Made by a program: the position numbers and the translations under genes. A stretch of 64,000 nt of DNA from Eledone cirrhosa (Eukaryota). The stretch's first letter is position 1; each line of letters starts with the position of its first letter. The notes beneath the pieces are model-generated. The model was not told the DNA's origin and searched no databases. It was given only the letters and a program-made list of their open reading frames with translations. Shown here piece by piece: positions 1-12,972 of this stretch. The stretch is from contig CAXHJY010001155.1 in assembly GCA_964016885.1 (NCBI GenBank), forward strand, positions 62,001 through 126,000. Reading direction: 5' to 3'.

Positions 1-1289
1 ATGGCCACCAGGCAGATAAAAACTGCCTGCCCTTCTCGGCTAAAGGAAGGCGGTGGGGCAATCTTCACGATGAACTCAGCTGATAGCTAGATCCGTTCTA
101 CACGTGACAGCAGGTGTTCAGCATAAACCCACAAGTCAGCAATGCTTGGACATTGGACGAGTGCATGCAGGATGGTTTCATCAACCTGTGCACATCTCGG
201 ACAGGCTCGGCTGATGGCACTTCCATGCCTGTAGAGTTTATCCCGAACTGGCAGGATCCTCGGTAGCACTGCCAGGCCAGGGATTTCTGGAAGTTGTCCA
301 TGGGCCCTGGCCTGAAAGTTCTCCCGAAGAGATTGGCTAGTCAGTTTTCGTCAATGCCTAGAGTCTCCGCAAGGACGTAATTGCCCTTTCCTTCCACTAA
401 TCCTCTATAGAAAGCCAAGGTGGAGTTCCCAGTGATTGTATTGCTCGACTGGTTGAAGGCTGTAAGCGCCTGAAGACATTCTAGTCTCCAAGCCCTTCCT
501 CTCGGTCTTCGCTTGACCCAGGACTGCATCGCTGCCAAAGAGACAAGCTGGGGAAACATGTGTCTATCAAAGGGCGACCGCACCTGATCACCGTCGAGGA
601 AGAGGTGGATATGCCGTAGCCTGAGCGCATGTCTGCGCATCATCAGCCACGGCATGCCCAGCCCTCCGTGTAGCAGGTGTTGACAGCAGATGGACCGCCT
701 GACCATTGGAGCATGTCCCTTCCACAAAAAGCAAAAGAGCAAACGCTCCAGTGCAGTCAGGGGAGGCTTAGGACAAGGTTAGGCGGTAGTGGATGACGGA
801 CGCGATGTACGCATTCGCCACCTCCGCTCGACCTTTCAGGGATAGCTTCCTCTCAGCCCATTTCTGGGTGAGAGAAAACACCTTGCTCGTGACCTCCTGC
901 CAGTGTTTGTGCATCTGGAGGTCCGGACCGAACCAGACTCCTAGCAATTTAACCGGTCTGTCCAGCGCCCGACAATGCTGTTGGGCGGCATGGACCTGCT
1001 CTCCAGGTGCCAAGTTGCAGGCCTACTGATTTTTCCTGGTTGATCATTGCTCCAGTCACTACCTTGTATTCTCTTAGTGTGGTGCCGATTGCCTCGATGT
1101 GTTTGGTGTTCGACACCACTACGGTGATGTCGTCTGCATAAGCTGACACTGTTCTTCCGCATCCTAGTTCATGTGGGATCCCCCTCAATGTCTCCAGTTT
1201 GTGCAGTAATGGCTCAAGAGTCAATACGTACAACAAGGATGAGAGAGGACATCCCTGGCGGATGGAGCGCATGATGTTGAATGGTTCCG
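1..1289 (-). mobile_element. Tx1/L1-clade non-LTR retrotransposon ORF2 fragment (RT core to zf-RVT region), frameshifted, 5'-truncated
   Basis: Minus ORFs give RSIRQGCPLSSLLYVLTLEPL, AYADDITV, KLLGVWFG, WAERKLSLKGRAEV, FLWKG and CPRC..ETILHALVQC, in the order expected for Tx1/L1 ORF2 and split over several frames. Confidence 0.9.
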
Positions 1290-1755
1290 AATAATAATGC
1301 TTTCTTTATTAACCAGAAGGGTTGACAGAAAGTATAAGATTAAGGACAACACAGGACAGTACAAATGGGCATTTCTGCGTGTAAAAAACAAAAACAGAGT
1401 ATGTAACAAAAAAGAAACAATGAAAAATTCCCCTGACCACAAGGGCCAACATATAGGGGACAATAACATAGATGGGGACAGTGGGGCTTTTACACAAAAA
1501 TCGAGTAAAAAAAATAGGAAAACAATAACAATAAACAAGAAAAATACAACAATGAAAATTCCCCAATAGGAGGGGAGATAACTACCCAGGGTTGATTCAT
1601 GTACCCCACCCATCCTGAACCACCTGACGCTTCAAGGGCACCTGGGAAGGGTACCCCTCTCCTCATTAAATTCACCAGCCTACAGGCTCATGATCAGAGT
1701 AGGCCCACTCACACAGGCCATTCTTGCCACATTCACCCACCTTTCAGCAAATGTA
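1290..1755 (-). mobile_element. Second, short Tx1-like 3' fragment (ORF2 C-terminus, 3' UTR, AATAAA, (ATT)n tail)
   Basis: Minus strand reads FAERWVNVARMACVSGPTLIMSL*, then a T-rich UTR ending ...GTTAATAAAGAAAGCATTATTATT that abuts the truncated 5' end of the first copy. Confidence 0.65.
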
Positions 1756-1768
1756 TGATTATTATTAT

Positions 1769-2475
1769 GGCGGCCGAGGTTGACTTTGCCTTTCATCCTT
1801 ACGGGGTCGATAAAATAAAGTACCAGTAATGCACTGGGTAATTGCTGGCCTTGTGCCTAAAAGTAGAAACAATTATTATGGCGGTCGATTGGCAGTATCA
1901 GTAGAGGGTCAGACGCCATGCTTTGCAGCACAGAGTTATGACCCTTTATGATCTGAGTTCAAATCCCGCCGAGGTTAACTTGGCCTTTCATCCTTATGGG
2001 GGTCGATAAAATAAAGTACCAGTAATGTATTGGGTAATTGCTGGCCTTGTGCCAAAAGTAGAAACAATTATTATTTATTATTATTATAATTTAGGATGGT
2101 GGATTGGCAGTATTGGTAGAGGGTCGGACGCCATGCTTTGCAGCAAAGAGTCATGTCCCTTTATGGTCTGAGTTCAAATCCCGCCGAGGTTAACTTTGCC
2201 TTTCATCCTTACGGGGTCGATAAAATAAAGCACCAGTTATACACTGGGATCATTGCTGGCCTTGTACCAAATGTAGAAACAATTATTATAATTTAGGCAT
2301 AAGGCCAGCAATTTGGGGAGCAGGGGAAACTTGATAATATCAACTACAGTATCTGACACCATTTTATCAACCCCAGAAAGATGAAAGGCAAAATTATCTT
2401 CCAGGAGATTTGTGAACAGAATGTAAACAGCCAAAGAAATACTGCAGTTATTTTTTTTCCAGCACTCTAACAACA
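1769..2475 (+). mobile_element. Cluster of tRNA-derived SINE family A: three head-to-tail copies plus one diverged inverted copy (~2296-2475)
   Basis: Repeated GAGTTCAAATCCC B-box, body CTTTGCCTTTCATCCTTACGGGGTCGATAAAATAAAGTACCAG and (ATT)n tails. Confidence 0.85.
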
Positions 2476-4085
2476 AAGGAAGTGGCAGCAATGACAGCAA
2501 CAATAATATCAATTACCTTGGCCACAAAAGCACAAGGCATTGTGGAAAGTACAAATGTGAACGACATAGGAAAACAACAGATAAGACATTGAGTAAAAAG
2601 AAGTTACCAATAACATAATGACTCATTCTACAACATTCATCTCCCAAATGTCACTCAAAATATTAGTTAACCTCAGGTTATAGTAGAATACATTTGCTTA
2701 AGATGCCTCACAGTATTTAAATTAGTTAATGAAAGATTTAGTGGGATTTGCTACTATTATTAATCATTTCATTGTGAAGATGGTATTTTAACTAACAAGA
2801 AGCTCTTATATAAAATTATGTGGGAAGATTTTAACTTAAATGGAAATCCTTTAACACACTTAATACAAAACTGCCTGAAATGCCCCTGGTTCTATGAGAC
2901 AAAATTGTTTGTTTTAAAGTGTTTATATTTATCTAAACATTTTCCATCATGATTTTATGTAAAAACTTTTGTTAATTCTTAATATCCTGTCATGATTTAG
3001 CAGAAAATATTTGTCAATGAGTAAGTTCATTTAAATATTTATATTATCTTTATTAGTCGATAGATCATTGTGAAAATTTGCAGTATAACAATAAAAACTT
3101 TGATTTGAATGTGATGCAGTCATGTACTTTCCATGTAACTAATATAGTTTCACTTGGTATAGGCCATTAAAAGTTATACTCCAAACACCAGCTTGAAAAT
3201 GACAGTTATATTACTAAATTCTTACAAATTTTGATTATTTTCAAAATCCTTTATAAACCAATAGAAATATGTTAATTAATGGGTTAAAGTGGGTGGTTAT
3301 AGAATGAAGGGTGGTTATAGAATGAAAGCCGATTTTGAATACATTGGTAGCAAAAGGGTTAATAAGCACACAGCTATGTTTGCTCCTAATAATTTCCATG
3401 CAGTGATTTAAATGAAAATAACCTTATAAAATTTGTTGGAGTGCCGTTGTTTCTGATGAATGTTTCAGTTGATTCGATCAATGGAAAGCTTACTCATGAA
3501 ATATGAAAGTAGTTAAGTGTTAACATATTCTTCAGGAAGATGACCCTTTAAATTGTGGGTACAATTCCTTTTTTTTTCATGGACTGGAGAACTATGAAAT
3601 AAAGTGTCTTGTTCAAGTAAAAACTGCACCATTGGGAATCAAATTTGCAATTTTGAACCGAACACCCTAACAAGTAAACTGTGCACCTTCACAAATGAAA
3701 GTATATTTTATAAAGTATAGACTAAGTTATTTTTACAACAGATTTATTAATATAATTCAGCTAAGAGGTGCCAACTATCTCAAGAGACTAATAAACTATT
3801 GGTACAAATAATTTCTCTTGGTTCTATATATTTTTTAAAACTTATTTCACAAAGAAGTGGGCCAATATTTGCTGGAAGTTAAATGTGAAGTGGAAAGTGT
3901 TAGTAGAAGTGTTGGTGTTGATAGTGATAGAATAAGTGGATGGTAGTAGTAATGTTGTTGGTGATGAAGGTAACAGTGGTGGCAGAGTTGTTGTTGGTGA
4001 TGAAAAGAAAATAGGTGGTATAAGTGCTGAAGCTAAGGAAATGTGTGTACAAACTCACACACACAAAGAAATAGATATATATTTG

Positions 4086-4152
<67 letters not shown>

Positions 4153-5657
4153 AATGTATATATATTATGGAATGTATATATATATTACGAGTCCTTTTGG
4201 GATTTAGGTCTTCATATTCATTATTACTCTCTTTCTCTCTCTACACACACACACGTGTGTGTGTGTGTGTAAAAATGTGCCTCCTATGTTTTGTTTGTTT
4301 CATTTATTAACTATATATACATATATATATATGTATTAATAAATACAAAGACCAAAATCCAGAAAAGACTCAATATAAGTAATATATATATATATATACA
4401 ATAATATATATGATACTGTCGAGCTAATGTTTCAATGAAATAAATATAAATATATATATATACATACACACATATATAAACTAACAAATTTAGATGCTTA
4501 TATATATATTTACACACACATATATGTACAACACATATATAAACCCCAACAATATATATAGGCCTGAACGCATGCAAATATGTATATATACTAGAAAAAT
4601 TAAATGAGTAAAATATACACATATATATGTATGCATGGGTGTGTGTGTATATATATATATATATATCCCGAAACACAAACATGTTACAAGTTAAAATGTG
4701 TCTCTGAGGATAACATCAACACAGATGCTTCTATTTATTGTATATTTTAGAAGGAAAAACCAACATTTCAATTTAGAAATTAGGATAATTGTGTTGGGTT
4801 ATAATGGAAAAGAAAGCAAGTAACAGAAATTTATGAAGCAAGCCATACAATTCATCCATATTTTTACAATCTGAAAACATCAAGACATCATCACTAACAC
4901 CACTCAATTGATATTACTTTCCTGTTGGTTGGTTGTATAAAAGATAAACTAGAATATTTTAACAGGTCTCATTATAACCTACCCGTTTCTATGATACTAA
5001 GCTGTCCCCCAATTCTATGATGACAGACTTCTTATTTTGAAGTTTTATATTTACATTTTTAAAAAATGTTAAACAATATCTTTGTTAAGCTATCTAGTAA
5101 ATACCAACTTAATTGCATAGTTAGCTATTTTATTAAATCCCTTCAAATTGATGGGGTTTTTTCAAAATTAATTGAAACATAGGCAATAGCTTTCATTACA
5201 AATATGGTAACCAAATGATTGAAGTGTTTATATTTATGAAATACCTCCCATCATAATTTTATGTAAAAGCTTTTGTTAATCATACTCTGATCATATTTCT
5301 AATGAAACACTATTATAATAAATTAATGAAATTTTTAGAGTAATTTCCTTTAAATTATCAATTATTTAAGAAAGTAATATGGTTCTTATATAAAATTATG
5401 TTGAAAGATTTTGCTTTAACTCTTTTAGCATTTACATTACTATATATACTATGTATTACATAATATTGAATCTACAAGATTTTGATGTTATTTATTTTCG
5501 GAACAATACCTTAATGTCAGTATGAGTGGCCAGTTACGACCAGTTAGAACAGAAAGAAGTGAGAGAATGCTGGCCGGATATGGCTGGTTTAAATGCTAAA
5601 GGAACTCTTTAAAATGGTTGGCTGTGTTTTTATCCATTAAAAAGCTGAAGAATAGTT

Positions 5658-6149
5658 TAACCCCTCTGATATCAATTTACCTGAATCTGATCACCCTCAC
5701 ACTCAGGTTCCATGATACTAAGCTATTTATTTTAAAGTGTTTCTATTTTATTATCTAAAACAAAAATTTCTATCATAATTTTATGTAAGAACCTTTAAGA
5801 GGAAAAATTTATTGATTCAAAATTTCATATTCAGTTGTAAATATTTAGAATTCAGTAAAAAGAAAGGAGTGAGAAGAAATATAAAAATGGATGGTGGAGT
5901 GAAGACAGACAGTACACATTTGTTTGGGCAGGACACCTTAGATGTGCCCCATGGACATGATGGCAGTGACATCCACTGCATAAACCAATCTACCTCACAG
6001 TGCTCCTCCTTCCTCAAGCAAGATGTCCATTTTCTAATTTTGCTTAAAATGAGAATATTAGTTATATTACTAAATCCCTCCAAATTCTTGATTATTTTCT
6101 AAATCATAAGCAGAGCCTTTCATTAGAAATATGCTAACAAAAGGGTTAA
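5658..6149. mobile_element. AT-rich MITE-like repeat with TTAA-CCC...GGG-TTAA ends (piggyBac-like), interrupted; related pieces near 2850-3360, 4975-5330, 31600-31750 and 61270-61760
   Basis: Begins TTAACCCCT and ends AAAAGGGTTAA; blocks such as CTATGATACAAAACTG..TTTTAAAGTGTTT and CATCATAATTTTATGTAA recur in the window. Confidence 0.45.
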
Positions 6150-7289
6150 ATTTTGAACGATGCTGAACAAACATCTTAATTGGCTTAATAGCATCACTGC
6201 CTCTGTCCATACAACTGATGTTCATTATAATAATTCGCCACTATATACAAAGGAACTTTTATCACTTCATAGTTAAATGACTTCATTAAAGTTGGTTTTA
6301 TGCATTTGTTTGATTAGGGTCAAGGGGTTGAATTAAATTCTACTTGGATGAGAAAACGACATGGCAGATTGGAACTTCCTGCAGATCACTCCATTTACAT
6401 CTACTCTCTTTTTCTGTCTTTCTTTGCCTTTCTATCCCTCTTTGTTTCTGCCTCTCTGTCTCTCTATCTCTCCCCACCTCTCTCTCTTCCCATCTCCTTT
6501 TCAAGTAATTCCCTAGATTATAAACTCCATTACAATAAAGTTGAGTCAGTATAAAAAATGCATTTTTTCTGAGAAAAGTGAAAAGTGTAAAAAGGAAAGG
6601 AAAAGAGATGTCGAAGGCTCCATGATCATTGATCAACAATATGTCGAAGGCTCCTTGATCACTCACTCATCAATATGAAAACGTGATTGGGCTTATTAAA
6701 CTTCAACAGGAAGGAGGGGTGGGGAAAAGATCATGGATTAAGGATTTAAAGGCAACATAAACAAAAGGTAATGCGATATTGAAAAATTGTTTGGTGTTTC
6801 AACAAAGAGAGAAGGGCAGATTGACAGAGCAAACCCTCCATCGTGTAACCATGCGGAGAAAATTATGATGCAATGAAAGATGCTTTTGGCAAATTGATTA
6901 AAATGGGGGAGAAAGCAGCAATAATCTTTGATCTGAGAAAGAAATTATAATGATTCAAGAAGGTAGCTTTCTTGTCTTGAAGATGGGGGAACGAAGTGAA
7001 ATACTGGAAAGGATAAATTAATTTATTTTCTCTAGAAGCGGGAGGGGATGTTGAATCTTAAAGAATTTTTTACTGAAGTATCTCAACAGTTGCTAGATTC
7101 TCGTTAAAAGTTCCTTCTTGAAATAGCTAACCTTTTATTATTTCATTCTTTTACTGGTTTCAGTCCGTATACTGTGGCCATGCTGGGCACCACCTTATCG
7201 CTTTTCAGACCTAACTGCCTGAAACAGCCCCAGGTCTTATGTTACAAAGCTGTTTATTTTAAAGTATTTATGTTTATGTTTGTTTTGCA

Positions 7290-7375
7290 AGATTTTTGAT
7301 GTGAAATCATGTGTTGAAACAAATATTGTTATATTTGGTGACAGCCATGTTGCCAATTTTGCCAATAAAAATACA
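7290..7375 (-). mobile_element. Old decayed copy of the PLE pseudo-LTR terminus seen at 19 kb, 38 kb and 43 kb
   Basis: GTTGAAACAAATATTGTTATATTTGG..CATGTTGCCAAT..CATGCAC..CTTTCACT matches the reverse complement of 19417-19500. Confidence 0.6.
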
Positions 7376-8289
7376 TGCACTATTTTACTTTCACTAGCAA
7401 CAACACCGCAAACACCACCACCACTGCCAATGGCAACAGTAACAATAACATCTACTTCAATGACAGTTAATATTAATAATGATAATAATAAGAACAACAA
7501 TAATAATTCCTTTAATGGTGATAATGATAATTATTATTATAAAGACACTCTTTAGCCTGCCAAGACAGGTTATATAGAGATGGTATCTAAATAAAAATAA
7601 CCTTGGGAATGAAAACCCCACAAACTTCTCTCATGGAATTATGATGCAAAGCAATAATGAAATAACTAATGGCATGAATGAAGCTGGAATCAATTACAGT
7701 GAAGGTCTCTTGCTTGGGATGTTTAGAGCTCTCCTTATCAGGGGAAGTGATCTGGCCAATGATGGTTGTTACCAAGCAACAGATCACATAAAACTTGTGC
7801 ACAGCTAGACAAGTGGTAGAGGGAAGAGTATGCTACACTCATTGAATGTCATGAGAGAACAAAACGGGGGGAGGGGGAGGTTGTGGAGTAGAGTGATGTA
7901 CTTTGAACTTTTGGATGGAAAAGGACATATTTTCAATGTTAGAAAGTAAACTAATGAATCAAGTGGAGGTAATTAGGAAGATGGATTGGTTAACTGAGGT
8001 ATTAAATATCTCAGTTTAGTGAATGTTTCAGGGAACCTGCAGATGAGCAACAAAGGGAAGTTAGTGTAGAAACTAAAGCCATTTCTACAATTGAAGTCAG
8101 AGAGAAAAATAGACAATAAGAAGAGGGAAATTATGCTGAGAATGTTAGGGTTGCTGAAGAGGAAGGTTATAGATTGAACCCTAGTACTACTAAGGATAGT
8201 TATACAAGAGGAGTGAGCCAATTGGATGATGAATCTCTTACATTTCAAAGATGGCTTATGATTGATAAATACCCACGAAGAAAAAATCC

Positions 8290-8910
8290 TATAAATGAGA
8301 AGGGTAGATTGGAGTATGTTGACTGAAATTACAAAAAGGTAAATGTCATAGCACATATCCTGACAGAGGACATAACACAAACAAGGAGCCTTAACTGAGC
8401 TATTGCACTACTTGGTGAGGAAAAATTACAACTAATGAAAACAAAGCAGAGTAAGGCAAAAGAAACATGGTGGAAACACTGCATTGAAAATGAGATAATG
8501 TGGTTGAAGCAGGATATAAGTAAAATTGAGCAATGATTTAGAGGAAAATGGAAAAACAGAAAAAGATCAATCAAGAGACATTAGACAAGAAGTATAAAAT
8601 ACGGAAGAATGGATTCTATACAGTAATGGAACAGTTAAAACAGGGGATTTTGTCGAAAAGCCAGAAGATAAGAAGATATGTGAACAGAAATAAGCAGTTC
8701 AAGGAGAATAGATTATTCCAAAATTATCCAAAACAATTCTTCTGCAGTTTGAAAGGAGAAAATGGAAAGGATGTTGCTTCTAATGCTGATTAGGCCAAGC
8801 AGTTCTGAAATGGGATATGGGGAAACACTGTGATGCATAGAAGGGATGCCAAGAAGATAGAAACTATCAAGACAAAGTTCCGAGGAGGAAATAGACATTA
8901 CCATAAGCAC
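8290..8910 (+). mobile_element. Decayed R4/Dong-like non-LTR retrotransposon fragment
   Basis: Peptide KYKIRKNGFYTVMEQLKQGILSKSQKIRRYVNRNKQFKENRLFQNYPKQFF resembles the pre-RT region of R4/Dong ORFs; stops and frameshifts present. Confidence 0.55.
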
Positions 8911-9204
8911 AATTTATGTCGTTATTAAATCACACCAAATTCTTGAAAATTATAGGTTGTGTCTTTTATAAGAGATATGGTAATGAAAGAGTTAAAAGAA
9001 GTTAGCAGATTATTTTAACCTCAGTACTTATCTATTTATATACACATGTAGTAGTAGACTGTAACCATGTTGAGCAACCACCATGATTTAGTTATCTTAT
9101 TGACCATAGTACTTATTTCTTAAAGTCTGGGATTTATTTATCAGTCTTTATTTTAGTTAGTACACAATATTATGAGACATAAACACTGACAGTCAGACAA
9201 ACAC

Positions 9205-9735
9205 ACATCATCATCAGCATATTTATCATTTTAAACCCTCCTTCCACGTTGGTATGGGTTGAATGGGTTGTCACAGTCTGAGACGAGACAGGTTGGAGTG
9301 ATCTTATCTTGCTGATATGTTTCATATTTGTCATGGTTTCTACATTTGGATGCCCTTCCTAATGTCAACCACCTTAAAAAATGTACAAGGTTTAACTTAT
9401 TGTGGCACTAGTACTAACACTTTACTCGGTATATTTTACTGTGGCACCAACTCTACCACTTTAGAGGGTGCACTGGATGTATTTTAATTTGGCAGCAGAC
9501 CTAACATTTTGCAGAGTAAACTAGTTGTATTTTATCATGGCACCAACATGAACATTTTATAGGATGCACCAAGTGTAATTTATCATGTTAGCAAGACTCC
9601 AATATTACAGTATATAATGGGTGTAATTTATTGTGGAACCACCACTACCAGTGTACTGAAAGTATATTATATTGGCACCAACACTACCACTTTAAAGAGT
9701 GTACTGGGTGTATTTTATTATGACACCAACACTTT
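9205..9735 (-). repeat. Old RTE/SINE 3' tail with a degenerate ~47-bp tandem array (about 8 units) at ~9390-9735
   Basis: (CAT)n tail and GGATGCCCTTCCTAA motif followed by recurring TTTAT(T/C)(G/A)TGGCACCA units. Confidence 0.6.
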
Positions 9736-10394
9736 ATTTTATTTATTATGAATTATCTATTTAATGTTAACAACTCCAAAATGTTCATATCAGAACAGTA
9801 TAAGAAAGTGACTTTAGAAAATTGGAATATTTGCATGGATTCTTGGAGCAGGTGGTTCTCTCAATGCCTACAGGGAATGAGATATTTCTAAATATGTTCT
9901 ATCTAGCAGAAGAAAAACTCAGGCAAAACCTGAGAATATTTAAATATATCATCATTGACATGAATATATGTTACTGCATACACACACATACATTATAATA
10001 TAATATAACACACACCTGATATACCATAGCACAGAAATGACAGACTTCTTTAGGTTGTCTGAATCTCTATATGCACACACCCCCACACACATCTATCATA
10101 TATATTATATATATACTGTTTTAAAATTGATGTTAATTGATTGTTGAATTCTTCCACAATTAACAAAGCATGGGGTAATCAGATTAAAGCACTCCGGCTG
10201 TACTCATCTAAGTGATAACTGGTATCACATAGATGGATATTCAACAGTGTATGGGTATTTAAGTAAATTTAAAGAGACAGTTCTACATTTCCATACTTTT
10301 GAATTTTATATAATAAACTAAAGTATGGACATGTAGAACCATAAAGTGGTTGGTGGTAGGAAGAGCATCCACTGCTGATGAAGATGTTGATACA

Positions 10395-10643
10395 TATATG
10401 TCACAACAAAAAGCACCCAGCCCACACTGTAAAGTGGTCGTGTAGATGTCACAACAAAAAGCACCCAGCCCACACTGTAAATGTGGTTGTCATTAGGTAG
10501 GGCATCCAGCCATACAAACCAAGCCCTAGTCAGTTCTGTATGAGCAAAACAAGGTCCTCTGACCTCGACTTGCTTGAAATAGGACAACCCGTCTAATCCC
10601 TGTTAGTGTAGAAAATGGATGTTAAATGGTGGTGATGATGAGG
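10395..10643 (+). mobile_element. RTE-type 3' UTR fragment
   Basis: Duplicated TCACAACAAAAAGCACCCAGCCCACACTGTAA, then GGGCATCCAGCC and a (GAT)n tail. Confidence 0.7.
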
Positions 10644-11113
10644 ATATATTTACTGGTAGGCCCAATAATGATGTTAGAACTTGATGTAGCACAGATATGA
10701 ATATCCCAACGAAATATGGTGAAATAAAGTTTTGTTTTTATGGTATAATAGCATATTGGATTTTGTTGAGTATTCCAATGAACTAGAGTCATATATATTT
10801 AGGTTGAAAAATGAAAACAAAGAATGTGAGGTTTGGTATTTTACAACCGTTTCGAACCATGGTAATATTGATTTAATGGCTTATTGATAGCAGTTATGTA
10901 ACTCCATATGATCAGTCTCAATACAATAGATTGTTTCTGACAAGAATGGTGAGATGGATCAATTGTAATGACACTAATAACAGAGTTGTATAACTGCTAC
11001 TGATTAGCTAGTATACTGATATTGTAATGGTTCATTCAACCTTTTGAAATGATTGTAAAACAATGAACTAAAGCTTGCCTTTTTTTGCTTCAATCTCTCT
11101 TCATCTCTCTCTC

Positions 11114-11152
<39 letters not shown>

Positions 11153-11442
11153 TACTATTGGCCTTTTGTCTCTTACTCCTTTGGCCAATGTTTGGGTTAT
11201 GTCAGACGCTGTAACCCAGGATGGACCAGCAGTATTGTTGGTAGGTGTCGAAACTGACCAAGTCCATCTCAATGACCGATTACCATAGAGTTCTGTGACC
11301 TTTGTTTGTATAGTAATTTTTTTTTCTTTTTTTTTTTTAAGGTTTCCCCTTAAAACATTGTTTTTCATTTTGTTTTGTTTCCATCCATTGTCTTGTCCTT
11401 CTTTGTTAATTTTCTTAAGTCTCTCTCTATATATATATATGT

Positions 11443-11770
11443 AGAGGCACATGGCTTAGTGGTGAGAGCATTGGCCTTGCAATCGAAAGGTTGTGAGCTC
11501 AATTCTCAGGCCGGGTGATGTGTTGTTTCTTTCAGCAAGACATTTTATTTCACATTGCTCCAGTTTACTCAGCTGTAGAAATGAGATGATAGGACTGGGG
11601 TCCCTATCATTCCTCTGTAAAGTGGATGTGTAGGCGCCACGGAAAATAAAAGCACCCAGTACTCACTGTAAATGAGGTTGGTGTTAGGAAGGGCATCCAG
11701 CTGTAGAAATCAAGCCAGAATCAGTTCCCGTCCCACTCTTGCAAGTAAGGAAAAGCGGACGTAAAATAAT
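11443..11770 (+). mobile_element. CORE-type tRNA-derived SINE (family B) with RTE-like tail
   Basis: tRNA-like head TGGCTTAGTGG..., CORE-like AGCAAGACATTTTATTTCACATTGCTCCAGTTTACTCAGCTGTAGAAATG, tail TTAGGAAGGGCATCCAGCTG...GGACGTAAAA. Confidence 0.85.
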
Positions 11771-11773
11771 ATA

Positions 11774-12664
11774 CAGGGTGCGGCAATATTTGTTCGCAAT
11801 TTTCAACTGCTAATTTTATGCAAATTTTTTTTACTTCCATCGTCACTCTTGTCTTCATAAAAACAGTGACTATATTTCCATTATTTATTATCAGAATAAT
11901 TGATTATGAATAATTTTGAACCTCCAAATGTGTGGAAGAGACACAGAGTTCTTCTTGGAATCTGCGCCGGGAGGACAAATAAGACCAGAAGATCAACTCG
12001 CAGAACCACAGGTGGCTCGCTGTCTCATCCAAAGACGTGCCCAGAGTCATGAAGAGAAAGTTTCCAGCGACAACATTGGTCTTAGGTGTCATCAGCAGTC
12101 AAGGTGACGTCATGCTACCTCACTTCTTCCCTGAGGGCCGTAAGCTGAACACCGATGGCTACATCCGCGTTCTGAGCGAGGTAGTAAAGCCCTGGATCGA
12201 CCAGGTAGCTGCAGGTAGGCCGTACGTGCGGCAGTAAGACTCAGCGTCCTGTCATACCAGCCGAAAGACCCAAGCCTGACTGTCAGAGAGCTTCGTCGAC
12301 CACACTTCACCTGACATCTGGCCTCCCAGCTCGCCTGACTGCAACCCCCTCAACTTCTTTGTGTGGGGCGCAGTGGAATGAGACACCAACAGATCTAGCT
12401 GCAATACGAAAGACAATCTGAAGGCCAGGATCACAAGTGCCTTTAGGGGCCTAAGTCGGGGGACAGTGACGAAGGCCTGTAGCCGGTTCTGAGGCCGTCT
12501 TGAGGCCATCATCAAAGCCAATGGCGGGTTTATCGAGTGAGATCGAAAGAACAAGTTATGAAGACAAACTGGCCCAAGTTTGATAAATAAATCTTAAAAA
12601 ATAAAACTACTGGGTTAATTTTTCCTAGACAGTAATCTTGCGAGCAGATATCGTCCGCACCCTG
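11774..12664 (+). mobile_element. Tc1/mariner DNA transposon, DD37D (maT-like), internally deleted and dead
   Basis: Imperfect TIRs CAGGGTGCGG..TTCGCAA / TTGCGAG..CCGCACCCTG flanked by TA. Transposase relic VLGVISSQG..PHFF..Q*DSASCH..WPPSSPDCNPLN has 37 residues between the second D and the third catalytic position (here N); several stops. Confidence 0.9.
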
Positions 12665-12719
12665 TATATATATAAAACTGTATGCAAAGCCAATGAAACA
12701 TACAATAGATTTATATCTG

Positions 12720-12972
12720 TACACTGTCAAGTGGTCGTGTAGGTGTCACAACAAAAAGGACCAAGTCCAAGCTGTAAAGTGGTTGTGTAGGCGACACGGC
12801 TAAAAGCACCCAGCACACACTGCAATTGTGGTTGACATCCAGCCATATAAATCAAGCCAATATCAGTTCTGTGTGATCGAATCATGGTCCCTCAACCTAA
12901 TCCCCCACAAAGGAACAGCCTGTCCTACCCATGCTAGCGTGGAAGATGGACGTTAAACGAGGATGATGATGA
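12720..12972 (+). mobile_element. RTE-type 3' UTR fragment
   Basis: AAAAGCACCCAGCACACACTG, ACCCATGCTAGCGTGGAAGATGGACGTTAAAC and (GAT)n, matching 17700-17939. Confidence 0.7.

Noticed and set aside
6690-8230. Purine-rich stretches resembling antisense CR1/L2 LINE relics
   Set aside because: Too decayed to support a call by eye.
9390-9735. Conserved-core/variable-spacer pattern resembling CRISPR
   Set aside because: The variable parts are homologous to each other; it is a decayed tandem repeat attached to a LINE-type tail.
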